A stretch of 63,907 bases of DNA, counting the filler, from Folioceros fuciformis (taxonomy: Eukaryota), in the NCBI GenBank assembly GCA_049999805.1. It is 9 parts of 9 records of this genome, joined end to end, with 100 filler letters (N's around TTAATTAATTAA, not from the genome) between each part and the next. Parts side by side here need not be neighbours in the genome. Positions count along the whole stretch, not along the records: positions 22,822 to 37,952 come from JBNGIO010004100.1; 8 more parts are not named here. One strand, given 5' to 3'. The position numbers and the translations under genes are program-made. The notes under the pieces were generated by a model that saw only the letters and a program-made list of their open reading frames with translations, had not been told where the DNA came from and made no database searches. This document shows positions 25,111 to 37,829 of this stretch, piece after piece (the first letter of the stretch is position 1; each line of letters begins with the position of its first letter).

Positions 25111-28100
25111 CGGCCTTGTTTGAGAGGTGGTGGTTCAGGTTCAAGAATATTTACCTTATGGTCCTCCCAGTATTGAATGAGAGGGTGTTCCACATGGTTG
25201 TTTAGTAGTTGTACATGAGTTGGGATAGCTGGTGGTGCTTGGACTAGGACAGTTGGAGATGCTTACATTGGGATAGTTGAAGGTGCAAGAGTGGCTAGAG
25301 TAGTTGGTGCTGGACTTGGAGCTGAATAGATAATCTGGTTTTCCTCTTGAGCTTGCGGCTCTTGTCATCCCATTTGCGATGAGTAGCATCTAGGATATGT
25401 CCAAAAGCAAGACTGCCGAAGATGCGTAGTAAGAGATTCGGGGTTTATGACCTGTCTAGCCCTTGAAAGGGGTAGTACCTAGCAGCTCTTTTGTAGGAAG
25501 CCTGTTTTTGAGGTAGTTTGTTGTAGCTACAACCTTAACCCAGTAGCCTTGTGAGAGAAAGGATAACTTCAGAATGGAGCAAGAAATCTCAAGGAGGGAT
25601 CTGTTGAGGCGTTCTGCAAAAGAATTCTAAGCTGGGGTGTGTGGTACGATTAGCTAGTGAAGGATCCTCTTGGATCTGCAGAACTCATTAAAGGTTGTGC
25701 TGGTGTATTTGCCGCCATTATCACAGTGGAGGGTGCAGACTTGGAATTCAGTTTGTCATTCTGCTGCTAATACAAAACCTTGAAAACAGGTAAGGGCCTC
25801 ATCCTTATGGCAAAGGAAATAAATGTGGCAGTACTTGCTCCACTTGTCTACAAAGGTAAGGAAGTAGGAGTGGCCTCCGAAGTTGTGCGTGCTCATTGGG
25901 CCACAGATATAGAAATATACAGTCTTCAAAAGTCGTCGAGCTCTTATTGGTGAGAGGTCTTTAAAAGGAAGTTGGGTTGGTTTGGAGTATTTGCAGATTT
26001 CACAGAAGAAGTCCTTGTTGGGTTTAATGTTAATGGGATCTTTATACAAAGCACGATTGGCAAAGGCATCCAAGTAATGCGGATTTATGCGGTCGGCCCA
26101 ATAGTGCCATAATAAGGTGTTGTTGCGAGAGGTTGATGAAGAGCTATCAGCTACAAGAGATGAAGAGGACTATATGTTCAACAGGTACAGATCATTTTAG
26201 CGTAGTTTGTGAGTAAGTGTAGTTTGATGTTTATCCCTCGAGTGATAAATTGTGCAATGATTGCCTTAAAAAGAAATTATGAGATCGTGCTCTATGACTA
26301 ACTCAAACTTCCTCACTTATAGAAGGTTCTTGGTTATTTCTAGTATGTGGAGCACTCCATTGATGGTGAGAGATTCCCTGTTAGACAACCTCAATGCAAC
26401 TTTGCCTATACCTTGGACAAGGAGTGAGTTATCATTGCCAAGCAACACATGCTGGTCAAAGAGGACATCGTGGTAGGATGTGAACATATCCTTGCTTCTA
26501 CAAATATGAGTAGTTGTCCCTAAATCTAGGAACCATCGACAATTGTCAATCCTGGTCAACATTAGGTGTACAACTAAGAATTTGTTGGTGGCGACTTGGA
26601 AGTCATTAGCATATTTGACTTGTTTCTGGTTGAGTCACAACAGGGTTCTCCTGATAGCTTCTTCCTGCGCTTGTGCTCGAAGTGGCCTAGGATCTTGCTC
26701 TAGTTGTAAGATCCTTTGATGTTCCTTTTCTGACCATTCTAGTTAATTTTGTTGTAACCTCTAGGTGATTGTTGTTGCTGCTATTGCAAGTCGTAGGATC
26801 AATAGCTTAAAAAGTTATTGCGTTCTTTGCCTTTTCTATCGCTTCGGCCTCGAGAGGTGAAGAGTGCATGATTAGTGCTACCTTGGCTAGTTCGTGGATT
26901 GGAAACACTGCTTAATTCCTCCTCAAGTAGAGCTCCTATGATTTCGAAGAAGATGTTTGCTTGGGCACCTCTGGCTATACTTGCTTTTGCTTATTATATG
27001 ATGATGGAGTTTTGGGAGCTAACAAAGGTATGTAAGATACAGGCAAGGATGTAAGAAGATTACTGCAGCTTGGTGTTCCGTAACTATGATTGCCAGCTGC
27101 GGCGAGTAGTGCCCTTGTTGCTTGATAGTTGCTGATGTGTTATTCAATACTCTCGCTATTCCTCATCTTTAGCTGGTAAAACAATCTTGTTGCGTTTACT
27201 AGCAACATAGAGTCTTGGGCGTGGAACATATTGTTGAATGTCTTCCAGATTCCATGAGCGTCTTTAGTGCTTTGAGTGTGTTGAAGCATACTCTTGTTGA
27301 GTGCAAAGATGAGGACGTTGTGTGTGCGCTTGTCCCTTTTGGTGTAGGCTAGAATTGCATCAGGTGTTCCAACGGGATTGTAATTGGGCCTTGGCACAAG
27401 GAGTGTGCCATCAAACAATCTCCATTAAGTCGTGCTCTTTAAGTAGAGCGGTAACCATTATCTGCCACACCACAAAATCAGTTCCGTTAAATCGGTCTTG
27501 GTCACATAGCTCAATTTTAGTGGTGTTAACCACTATGGGGACTAGTGCACTCATGATTGTTGTGTCTTTCTCAGTTTTTCTCTTGTAGTTCTTAAAAGGA
27601 TCGAAAGCGACCATAAACGCCTTCTAAGTGGTGTGTAGAATACTAGAGTACTATTTACAATCTATTGTTAAGAGAAATTATATCAATTGCAAGATGGAGT
27701 GACTTGATTTGATACTCTATTGCTGAAAGTGTGTCTTTAAGTCTTCATGTGTAACAATTGTCCTGGCGAAAAGTGTGCTTAAATGATTGCGCAAGCATCC
27801 TACAAATATTGGGTTAGGAAACTCGACATGGTGATGGTGAGGTGGTAGCGATGATGGGCTTAAGTAGCTTGTGTGGCATGATGGAGTANNNNNNNNNNNN
27901 NNNNNNNNNNNNNNNNNNNNNNNNNNNNNNNNNNNNNNNNNNNNNNNNNNNNNNNNNNNNNNNNNNNNNNNNNNNNNNNNNNNNNNNNCAGGTCCAAAGG
28001 AAGTGGCTCATGGGATTGCCCTTTCAAGCCATGTTGCCATGTGTGCCTTGTAGCTCCATATTGCGACACATCTATGAAGACCAAGCGAAGGGTGTTAGTG

Positions 28101-28620
28101 GGACAATGAATGGCCTTCATGGCAGTGGCTTTGATACCATAACGTGGTCAAAGATTGCTGGCCATATACAAATTTGAGAGCGTGATTTACTCATACATGA
28201 AGGCTTGTTCTTATATTGTATAGAGTCGGTTCTTTAACTAACTTTGTACAATTTACAAACAATTTGGAAGCGAATATTCTTGCTTAGCAATAATGGTGTA
28301 TTCAGAGAAAGAAGATAAAAGTGTATTCAAAGAAAGAAAGGCTGATTCAAATGAAGAGGAGGGACTTGGAGACGGAAGGATTACAAGAGATCATAGACCA
28401 GCAATGCTAAACATGGGCAGCAAAGAACATGCGAAAAGCACACAATGATGAACAAGCTGAATACTCCACTACCTCATGGGTAGAGATGATATGCTCTATT
28501 TGTCTTTGGTTGTCATTGTGTATAATTTATTTTTCTAAACCTATAATTTATGTGTGCATGAAGTAGGGTGGTGAAGAGCAGCAATCGAAGGAGGAAAAAA
28601 TAAACATGTGAATGCCAACA
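25110..28620 (-). mobile_element. Decayed Ty1/copia family B: 5' LTR (~28140-28620), PBS (28127-28139), gag, protease, integrase; 3'-truncated
   Basis: Minus-strand LTR starts TGTTGGCA at 28620. PBS is TGGTATCAAAGCC. Gag FNGTDFVVWQ, protease WFLDLGTTTH, integrase FCEICKYSK...ICGPM...FLTFVDKWS. Many stops. Confidence 0.85.
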
Positions 28621-29937
28621 TGGAAAAGAGGAGCCATAAAAGTCAGAGTACTAAAAGCCATGCCCGGCCTAAAAAATCGCAAGGTGTACGTGACTCTGAT
28701 TGATTAATACACTCTTGCAAAGATGTAATTAGGCCTAACATCACATAGCAAGACACAAAGATAATTTCTAGGGCTTGATGTGCAATTTTAGAGCATTAAA
28801 GTGTGAATGCAAAATGTTATGCGTGCAATGTCGTGATAATAACCGGGTGCCGAGGTGTATAAGAAACATTTAAGCTGGCATATATAGCTGGTCAAACGTA
28901 GTAAGGTAATTAGGCTGAAACACCAGGTAATAAACGTCGTAGAAAACCCGCGTATGAAACGTAGGCAGGAAACCCGTGAGAAAACTCGCTAGCTCATCAG
29001 GCCGTGACTCGGTTAGGCACTTGGCGAGAACTCGTGGGACATGGCATACGTGACTAAGCTGGGCATATTAGGAAATGATCACAGAAGTGATGCGCCGTGA
29101 GCATGGCGGCACGAGAAGGACAGCACCGAAGGCACCGCCGGCGTACACAACGGCCTGCAAGTACCAGGCGGCGGCGAGGAGAAAACCAAGAGCGAAACTC
29201 CGAGATAGCAGTTGGTGAAATCGCAAGGAGCGGGCGCTGCCGCGATGCCTAGCATTTTGTCTTGTCAAGAACGATTGAGCCTGTTGCAGCCTGGATTCTA
29301 AACAAGACTGTGGCTTGGTGTTGATGCTCAGGCAGTGTCGATTCTGGCGATTTACCCAGTTCAGGTTGTTGCAAAGCACCCCTTTTTCACTTAAACGAAG
29401 TGCAGAGCGTGATCGGTTCCAAGTCCTCCGTCGTGATGGTCCTCTTGACTTTAAATACCACCCAGCTTGGAAGCCTCGACGTGCTATGCAACCCGCAGGT
29501 TAGGCAGTTGGAAGGCCTGTTTCCATGAGTAATCGGGTCCAGAATTGTGTAGAGCGGGTGGAGTCATGGACATTGCACACGGGCGACGAGAGTGGCATCA
29601 GCCACGGTATCTACTAGCCCAGCTCAGCTGATAATTAAGTGAATCAGAATGGTCCATCGAATGGTTCGATCTTTGGAGTAGGTCTGTGAAGGCGTAGGAT
29701 ACTCAATAGCTTAACACCAAGCGGGTCCGCAAGCTAGTGACAAAGTTTACACATCTTCCGAACTGCACAGTAAAAGATGCCAGCCGACCTTATGGGTGCT
29801 GGAGGCTACTTCTGTTCAGCTAGAGGCCCGATCTTCGTAAGTACTCTGCTGTCTAGTCTACGTCAAGCGTTCTTGATTTCAGGTCCAATTCCTCACCAGC
29901 TGCAGGGAAAGTATTAGGCTTTCACTGTGCTAGCTCG

Positions 29938-30320
29938 TCAATTCTTCTTGACCTCCACTCCCTTCCAAAACGCCACATGATCCTGCCAGGAGGTGGCAAA
30001 GGTGAAGGAAACCACAACGCAGATTTGAGTTCAGTAAGACGGAGAGCAGGGGGTTCGGAATTCCAACGGACCTTGATTTTTGCGGCAGCAGGCAGTGGCT
30101 CCGGGTAGTACCAGGCAGCATCTTTGTTCTGCTTGCCATCTACTTCCACAGTGTAATACGAAGCCACTCCCTTCCAAGGGCACGTGGTGTGTGTGGCGCT
30201 TGGCTTGAAGAACTCCATCTTCACAGCCGATTTCGGGAAGTAGACGTTGCCTTCCACAGTCTCGAAGGTGTCAGTGGCGGCAATGGTCTTGCCATTCCAG
30301 ATAGCCTGCGCAGCCGACAT
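29938..30320 (-). CDS. DUF427 (NTP_transf_9) family protein, 97 aa, 2 exons (30320-30072, 29982-29938)
   Basis: AIWNGKTIA...VEGNVYFP...THTTCPWKGVASYY...AAWYYPEP...KIK|DHVAFWKGVEV. An 89-nt GT-AG intron restores the conserved VAFW C-terminus. An in-frame upstream ATG at 30395 could add 25 aa. Confidence 0.92.
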
Positions 30321-31654
30321 CGTACAGGGGAGCCAAATTCTTGGAAAGCACGATCGAAATGCTAAGATGAGATGGAGGGGAAAGTGCGTTAGCATGGTAA
30401 ACGCCACGCTCTTTTATCCGAATGCGGTTGCGGGGTTTGCGCTGTGCTGACGAGACACTGTTTGTGTAAGATGTTGGCTCCAAGTGGACACCGGATCGCC
30501 ATTCATATTCTGCGATCTTTCAGGAATCTCTCAGCCTAATCCGTCACACCCAGTTTGACGCCATTACACCACTTCAAATTTTTCAAACTGGACGTTAGTT
30601 CCGTTCCCACCGCAGTGCCTGAACTAGATAATGTCCTGAACAAAGAGACAAGAATCTGGTGACCTTCGAAGGATTCGGGGCAGGGAAGAGCATGGACAAC
30701 ACTGGACTACCACTGTCGACCGCTACGACTTACGCTACGTCTGTTCAAGATCGCTCTTCACCAGATTTTTGAGCCTCAGACTCACAATCGGTGTACATAT
30801 GCCCTTTGTGGCTTGGAATGAATCCGCGTTGAGGTTGTGGAGCAAATGAGATTCACCGTGCTAATCAAAATGTAGTGTACTCATCGAGATGGATACACTT
30901 CTCTCAGACGGTGAGATGGCTCATATCTGCCCGCTACGTGACGTCCCATGGATTCAGTGAGCTATACTCATGAACGTGAGAAGAGACGATCACCCCTGCA
31001 AGGTATGCAGACTTTTCAAGTCATATGAGCTACTGGGGTTTGATCGCTTACACACCAAGATCAGTTCAAATATTTTGATTTTGAAGTAGAGTCTTCTCAG
31101 CAATGAAAATTTCCAATTTTGGCCAACTTTGAAGTGGATTGGCCACCGAACGTCATCAAAGTGAAAGGATGGATGAACATCATTTGAAGGACGTTGTCCC
31201 CTGGATTGATGGAAAGGCTCAACCCAAACTGGGCTCCATATTCGAGAAATCTAGCGTCACGAAAGAGTCAGATGGCAACAAGCGTCACACTGTTGAAACG
31301 ATGACCTACGATGACCTGCGAGACAGTTCAGGACGTCAGGAATGGGGAAGACTTCTTGCCAGCGGTGAAACATTTGATCAGGGTTGGGATCAAAAGCAAC
31401 TTACATCACATGGATCTCTCTTCTTACTTCATATCTGGTCACTGCAGACGTCCGTATCAATACTTGGCCAGAAAGTTATCGCTCAATTGGCAACGTTCTC
31501 AGGTTAGAAACGCGATGCCAAGACTCCTGGTTAAGGTGCCGAAACAATTACCCTGCAAAGGGCAGAGCCTCTACATTGCCATTAACTTGTTCAGAGCATT
31601 AGGCAAGTCCTGCGCCAGATGAATAGTGCCCCAGATAAGCCATGCTGCAGAAGC

Positions 31655-34600
31655 CTACCTTTTAGCTCCTTTTTTTTGACGGGCTACTTCAACAGCTAGT
31701 GCAATGGAAGAATTGACTTCAGGATAAGAGCCCTTTTCCTCAATCTCGTCAAAAAGGGCGCAGGCTTCAGCCATTCGTCCTACTTTTCCAAGTCCATTGA
31801 TGAGCATCTGATAAGTGGCAATATCTGGAACACAGCTCTTTTTCTTCATCTCCTCGAACAGAGCCAGTGCCCCATCCAGGCGACCAGTCCTGCTTAAGCT
31901 GTTGATAAGAGCGTTGTATGTCACAAGATCCGGGGTCAGTCCTTCCTCTTTCATAGTGTCAAAGAGCTCCACAGCTTTGTCCACTTGACCTGATTTCCCG
32001 AGAGCGTCGATTAGCTCACTGTATGTGAAGAGATCTGGAAGTACCCCGGTTTGCTTCATCTCATGAAATAGTTGGAAAGCATAAGCGAGCATACCCGCCT
32101 TCCGAAGCCCATCAATAAGGATGTTATAAATGACATTATTTGTCACAATCCCTTGCTCCTTCATCTCTTTGAAGAGGCTTACAGCCTCCGTCACTCTTCC
32201 TGACTTACCAAGCCTATCAATTAGGCAGCTGTACGTGATGACATTCGGTGGTGTATGTGTTTTCATTTCCTCAAACAACTTGAAGGCATCATCCCATCGA
32301 CCCGCTTTGCATAGTCCATCCACAAGGAAGTTACAAGTACTGATGTTGTGAATGCCTGCAGACTTCATCTCATCAAAAATTGAGCAAGCTTCATCAACTC
32401 GGTTTGCCTTAACAAGGCCATCAATCATGGAGCTGTATGTGACAGCATCAATGGTGATTCCTGCTTCTTTCGCTGTGTTAAACACTTGCCAGGCATCCTC
32501 AGTCCTTTCTGCTCTCACCAAACCAACAACCAAGGTACTGTACGAGATAACGTCTGGCGAAACTTTAACCCTTTCCATTTCCTTCAGCAGGGCACGGGCT
32601 TCGTCTATTTGATCAGTTTTGCAGAAACCATCTATGAGGATATTGAAGGTCACCACGTCCGGGCTAACTCCCACCTCATGCATCTTCCTATACAGAGCAT
32701 AAGCCTCGCGCACTGCCCCCACTTTGCATTGGGCATCAAGGAAGCAATTATACGTCGTTACATTATGTTGCACATTGTTCTCTCGCATTTCCTTCATCAT
32801 CCTGACAGCATCACTAATTCTGCCGGCTTTCCCTAATCCGTCAAGAAGAGCACAGTATGTGTAGGCATCTGGTTTCAACCCTTTCTGCACCGCCTCTGCA
32901 AACAGCTTGCGGGCTTCATCAAGTTGTCCTGCCTTGCCCAATGCACCAATCAGAGTGTTGTAAGAGATCAAATCCGCCGCTGCGCCTGTCTGTTTCATTT
33001 TCTGGAATAGCTTGAAGGCGACATCTACCTGGCCAGCTTTGCTCAGCCCATCAAAGAGCGTGTTGTACGTGATGACAGAGGGCACAATCTCTTCCAGAGT
33101 CATTTTGTGAAACAACTGGTACGCCTCCCTTGTTTTACCAGCTTTGCACAGCCCCGCAATAAGAGTACCATAAGTCACAACATCAGGTGCAATTCCTTCT
33201 GCTTTGATCTCCTCCAGAAGTGCAGACGCTCTGTCTAGATGACCTATTCTACTCAGCCCATCTATGAGAATGTTGTAAGTGATAATAGAGGCACCAAACT
33301 TTCCCTTCATTTCATCCGCAAGATGAAAGGCCCGGTCAACGAATCCCGCCTTGCAAAGCCCACGTACCAGTATGGTGTAAGTGACTAGACTAGGGCTGCA
33401 TGATTTTGTCAGTTCTTCAAGAATCTCGAAGGCTCGGTCCATCTGACCTGCTCTAGACATGCCATTGAGAACCGAGTTATATGTCACGACATCGGGAGCC
33501 ACGCCTGCTTTTCTCATGTCATCTAGGAGTTCCAACGACCGCTCCATATCACCTACTATTCCTAAACCGCTGATCAAAGAATTGTACGTGATGAGACTAT
33601 GGTCAAAACCTGCTTTCTTGGATTGCAAGAACAGCTCTAGGGCCTCAGATACTCGTCCCGCTTTCACAAGGCCGTCAACCATTGCTCCATAAGTATGCAT
33701 ATTGGGAATACACCCATTCTCACTCATCTGGCCATAGATTTCTCTAGCCGTATCAGCTTCACCTAACTTAAAATGACTGAGGATAATGCGGTTGCATGTG
33801 AAGGTATCTGGCAGACAATCACTCTGGAGCATTTCCCGATAAACCTCAATGGCATAGCGATAGTCACAAGATCCTACAAGAACGTCTATCACACGGTTGT
33901 AGATTAACAAATCTGCCTTAGTTTCGAATTCCTTGATCCTTCGAAAAGCAGCAACCACGTTCGCACACTTTCTTGGACCCCTGAAGCTCAAAATCATGGT
34001 CTTAAATGCATCTCTCAACTCACAGCGGGCAGCTCTCAAATCCTCAATCAGCTCCCACATCTGCTCATGTCTCCCAGCCGCTGCAAGCTTGGCCATCATC
34101 TCCCTGCACGACGTAGCAGAATGACGGTACCCATCTTGCCGAGCGGCCCAGTGAAAGAAGCTGAGGGCAACGTCACAGTTTGCCAATTCCTTAACCACTT
34201 CACTGACGTGACTCGGCCCCAACCTGACGCCCAGCTGCTCAAGGGCCCTTACTGTCTCCTCGCCCCACCCCAACTGCTCCAGAATATTGCGTACAATACT
34301 GACTCTCACAGGAGGGAGGGGACCTCGAAACTCTAACTCAGAAGTCGAAGCAGCAGTGTCCTCCTCACTTGCAGACAGGGTACTATCCACCCCCGCTTCC
34401 GCTGTCGAGCTGCCAGCGACTTGTCCTTCACGGTCTGGGTTCTCCAAAACCAAGCTGCCGGCTTCCTTTCCTGCAACATTTGGATTCTCCACAGCCAAAC
34501 TGCCTACCTGCCCTTCAAAATCTCCCTCAGACTCCCCAGTGTCCGCGACGGACGAGCAGCACAGGCTCTCCCTACGTCCAGGTGTCCGCTGTCTCCACCC

Positions 34601-34852
34601 TCGACACGTCAAGGGCACCACTGTGAGAAAATCCCCTGTGAGCAAGCCTCCAAAATCCTGATACCGATAGAAAAATTTCCTCGAGAATGTTCCCACCCAC
34701 TGATAATGCAAGGCCCAACTTCTACAGCTCCCAAACCCTGCACTGGCAACCGACGCAACCTGGCCTGCTTGGCAATCCTGAGGCGGGCCTCGTCGTTGAC
34801 AGCAGAAGAGAGCCTTGAAGTTCCCGGGAGCCAGGCTCAGGGGAGGCGACAT
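31655..34852 (-). CDS. P-class pentatricopeptide repeat protein, 1065 aa, intronless, probable organellar transit peptide
   Basis: About 20 or more tandem 35-aa motifs (P(D/N)VVTYNxLIxGLxKAGxxxxAxxLFxxM) preceded by ALSFFHWAARQDGYRH. No E or DYW domain. Confidence 0.95.
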   Translation of the reverse strand: MSPPLSLAPGNFKALFCCQRRGPPQDCQAGQVASVASAGFGSCRSWALHYQWVGTFSRKFFYRYQDFGGLLTGDFLTVVPLTCRGWRQRTPGRRESLCCSSVADTGESEGDFEGQVGSLAVENPNVAGKEAGSLVLENPDREGQVAGSSTAEAGVDSTLSASEEDTAASTSELEFRGPLPPVRVSIVRNILEQLGWGEETVRALEQLGVRLGPSHVSEVVKELANCDVALSFFHWAARQDGYRHSATSCREMMAKLAAAGRHEQMWELIEDLRAARCELRDAFKTMILSFRGPRKCANVVAAFRRIKEFETKADLLIYNRVIDVLVGSCDYRYAIEVYREMLQSDCLPDTFTCNRIILSHFKLGEADTAREIYGQMSENGCIPNMHTYGAMVDGLVKAGRVSEALELFLQSKKAGFDHSLITYNSLISGLGIVGDMERSLELLDDMRKAGVAPDVVTYNSVLNGMSRAGQMDRAFEILEELTKSCSPSLVTYTILVRGLCKAGFVDRAFHLADEMKGKFGASIITYNILIDGLSRIGHLDRASALLEEIKAEGIAPDVVTYGTLIAGLCKAGKTREAYQLFHKMTLEEIVPSVITYNTLFDGLSKAGQVDVAFKLFQKMKQTGAAADLISYNTLIGALGKAGQLDEARKLFAEAVQKGLKPDAYTYCALLDGLGKAGRISDAVRMMKEMRENNVQHNVTTYNCFLDAQCKVGAVREAYALYRKMHEVGVSPDVVTFNILIDGFCKTDQIDEARALLKEMERVKVSPDVISYSTLVVGLVRAERTEDAWQVFNTAKEAGITIDAVTYSSMIDGLVKANRVDEACSIFDEMKSAGIHNISTCNFLVDGLCKAGRWDDAFKLFEEMKTHTPPNVITYSCLIDRLGKSGRVTEAVSLFKEMKEQGIVTNNVIYNILIDGLRKAGMLAYAFQLFHEMKQTGVLPDLFTYSELIDALGKSGQVDKAVELFDTMKEEGLTPDLVTYNALINSLSRTGRLDGALALFEEMKKKSCVPDIATYQMLINGLGKVGRMAEACALFDEIEEKGSYPEVNSSIALAVEVARQKKGAKR

Positions 34853-35265
34853 CCTGCAATGGGCCTTACACGAGGCTTCAGTGACCTCGACAATTCGGTA
34901 TCCCTGATTGTTTTCCGCACACTGTTTGATCTCTTAAGCTCTCAGTCCGGATCAGGAACGTGTGTATTTCTGAAAAGAAACCTTCCTACAAGATGGTCTC
35001 GGTGACCGCGCTACATACATGTGCCTATATATCACCCGGCCGCACAGATGTCACGACCCAGCCAGATTTGGGCGCTACGGACGAGGGTGGTGCGGCTCAC
35101 CCGAATTCCAACCCATTCGGAGCGGGCTGCTGAGGGTTACGGGCCGTAGGTGTCAGGGCCCCACCGGTTCGGTTTTGTCGCCTGACCCAGCTCGTCGTTA
35201 ACATCCATCCCGCTTGACAGCGTGGTTTGCGGTAGGAAACACTGTTATCGGGTGACTGACTGCCC

Positions 35266-36058
35266 ATGGCTTGGGCGGGCCAAAATCCGCAACAGCTCCA
35301 ACCGCAGCAGCAGCCGCAGTTCCAGGTGCTCCAGCAGCAGCAAGATGGACCCGAGGATTTGGCTTCCCACTTCAATCTCTTGCCGGTGCGCTTTGTGATG
35401 GCCTGATGTTGCATCGCGAGCGTGAACTCCAGCACGCACCATGCTGATTGCTGTGGCGCGGTGGTGTGCAGTTCGCAGGGGCTGTGGCTGAGGCTATGGA
35501 CAGGGGAGCTCGGGACCCGCAGCTAGAAAGCTTGGTATCAGGGTTTAGCTGTTTCAATTGTAGAGGCTTAAGCTCAGCTCCCGAGTCCAGGTGAGGACTG
35601 TGACTGATGCAGAAATGTTGGCCATCGCAGTTAAGCGAATTTGTTCTCTCTTTCGACAAGTGCCAAACGATTCTGAACAACTTTCCAAGCTCCTTGACGT
35701 CGACGGTAGAGTACTTTCGCCCTTTCTTTGAGTGAGAGGACATGGCGAGCAGTTGATCATGTTTGCTTCTGTTTCAGATTTGTTGACCTAAAAGCCTGCA
35801 ACGTTCTCCAACTTGCAGAGTGTCCAAGCCGAGAGACAGAGGTTGGCTGCGAACGAAAAGCTGCTTGAAGAGCGAAGGTTAGCAACCAGTCGCTCTTGCC
35901 TCGAGCTGCATGAAACATGGGTGCTCTGAAACATTCTGTCGTCTCATAGTCGAGCTGCATGTTGCCGTCACTCGTGCAGAGAGATGCTCGCCAAGCACAA
36001 GAGCCAGGGGGAACAGTGGCTCAAGCTTGGTACGTCTTCCCCGTTGACTAAACCCTAG
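35266..36058 (+). CDS. MED9: Mediator subunit 9, 5 exons: 35266-35385, 35472-35534, 35631-35705, 35819-35877, 35980-36058
   Basis: Spliced product has a Q-rich N-terminus, then DLASHFNLLP|FAGAVAEAMDRGARDPQLESL|LSEFVLSFDKCQTILNNFPSSLTST|SVQAERQRLAANEKLLEERR|EMLAKHKS. This matches the plant MED9 motifs LASHFHL...G.RD...FDKCQQLLN...EQLL.QRR. All introns are GT-AG with consistent phases. Confidence 0.85.
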
Positions 36059-36529
36059 ATTACGAAAACTGCATTCAACCGTAGCCAGAACCTTCGGACA
36101 TAGAAGGGAGGAAATGGCTCTTCCTGACCACTGAACAGTGCTTCTGATTTTATCATATATTTTTTACAATAATAATAAACTTCCTCACAACAACAAAGAA
36201 GGATTCCACGTCCGAGGCTGTCTTCCAAGCGGCTTGGGACATTCCTAATGCACTCCGATACTTCCAACACCAGGAAAGCTGCCACACCGGATTATGGCAA
36301 TCACACCTAAGCTGTCCTCAAACTTTGAGGATTTGTCGCATAGTCTTCTAAACAAACTTCCAAACCCTAATACATAGTGGCTGCTTTTTCTTTTCCACTG
36401 TCTTCTGAATAGAGGTTTATTTTGTTGCATGATCTTCAAAACAAACTTTCATACTCTATTACGTAGTGGCCATACTCTATTATATAGTGGCTTTTTTTTC
36501 TGTGGCATAATCTTCAAAATAAACTTTAA

Positions 36530-36840
36530 TACCCTGTTACATATAGTAGCTTTTTCTCGCTTTCTACATACAATTTTAGCTTTTTTTATCTCTACATGCA
36601 ATTTATAGCTTTTTTTCGCTATCTACATCTATTTTTGGCTTTTTCTCTCTCTACATGCAATTTTTGGCTTTTTTTGCTCTCTACGTACATTTTTGGCTTT
36701 TTCTCTCTCTACATGTAATTTTTGGCTTTTTCTTCTCTCTACATACAATTTTAGCTTTTTATCTCTCTACATGTAATTTGTAGCTTTTTTTCACTCTCTA
36801 CATACAATTTTGGCTTTTTCTCTCTCTACATGTAATTTAG
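36530..36840. repeat. T-rich minisatellite, ~30-32-bp unit, ~10 copies
   Basis: TTTTGGCTTTTT(C)TCTCTCTACATG(C/T)AAT repeated. Confidence 0.85.
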
Positions 36841-36859
36841 GGTTGCTATTATCGATACA

Positions 36860-36985
36860 CGGTCCCATCTAGCACATTGTCTCTTTGGGGGCATTGTTTG
36901 GTCCAATCTAGCACATTGTCCCTTCAGAGGCATTGTTCGGTCCCATCTAGCACATTGTCCCTTTGGGTGCATTGTCCGTTTAGGG
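36860..36985. repeat. ~38-bp tandem repeat, 3 copies
   Basis: GGTCCCATCTAGCACATTGTC(T/C)CTT(T/C)GGG.GCATTGT repeated. Confidence 0.8.
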
Positions 36986-37680
36986 GCACCTCATTGCCAC
37001 CCATGATACAGTTCGAGATGTCATGTTCTTTATGTCTAGAGAAAGTGGATTTCTTCCATATAGGAGTGTCTATATACTTTATGCAATAAGTTTGACTTAG
37101 AGCTAACCTTTTTTTCACATGTTATTGTCGCTCATTTTGTTGTTTTGGACACCACTAGGAATACAGGAGTGTCTATATACTTTATGCAATAAATAGGTTT
37201 CACTTAGAGCTAACCTTTTTTTCACTAGAAGGAACAGGTTATTGTTGCTCATTTTGTTGTTCCGAATACCACTAGGAATTCGATTTGCGAACACGTTGTC
37301 ATCAACCCTCTTGGATGGGCTCTGGAGGGTTGTGGAAGTGCCAAAGTTCATAAGTATTCTCCCTAGCAAGACGGGCATATTTTTATTCCCTTACTTTTGA
37401 GACTTATGGGGCCACAAGCAAGGACTTTTCAAGGTTCATCAAGGAGTGCGCCAAGGTTTACTTAGAGTCATAAGCACAGTGTTCTCTCTCTTTCCTCTAT
37501 GGTGGCCTTCTTTCTCTTTCCTCTATGGTGGCCTCCTTTTTTTCGACAATGCGTATCCATTGCTATACGAAGAGCATTGGCCAAAGCAATTTTTTAAACA
37601 GCAACAAGCGCAGATCAAGCGACTTTTTCGGCATCGATGATAGAACTTTGTTATTCCACATCATGACATTTTGAGAGAAA
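36985..37680 (+). mobile_element. Second degenerate copy of the CRE-like LINE endonuclease region
   Basis: IATHDTVRDVMF, VHKYSP, CATCATGACATTTTG and other blocks align with 5289-6000 in the opposite orientation. Contains internal duplications. Confidence 0.8.
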
Positions 37681-37829
37681 CATGTGGTTTTTGTGTAAAT
37701 CAATGTTTGAAGTACCCTTCTTGGCTCCATTAGTTCGTCTAATGTTTAGAGTGGATGGGACTTTTCATCTCTTTCTTAATAATTGGAAAATAATTATATT
37801 TTCTTGTATATTCTATCTCCGTCTTAAAT

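Noticed and set aside
29068-29900. GC-balanced stretch downstream of DUF427 with short ORFs
   Set aside because: No recognisable motif or coherent exon chain in any frame.
30650-31620. Gene-like ORF fragments between DUF427 and the PPR gene (e.g. GIKSN...FISGHCR)
   Set aside because: Only faint PPR-like similarity, and no consistent frame or splice model.
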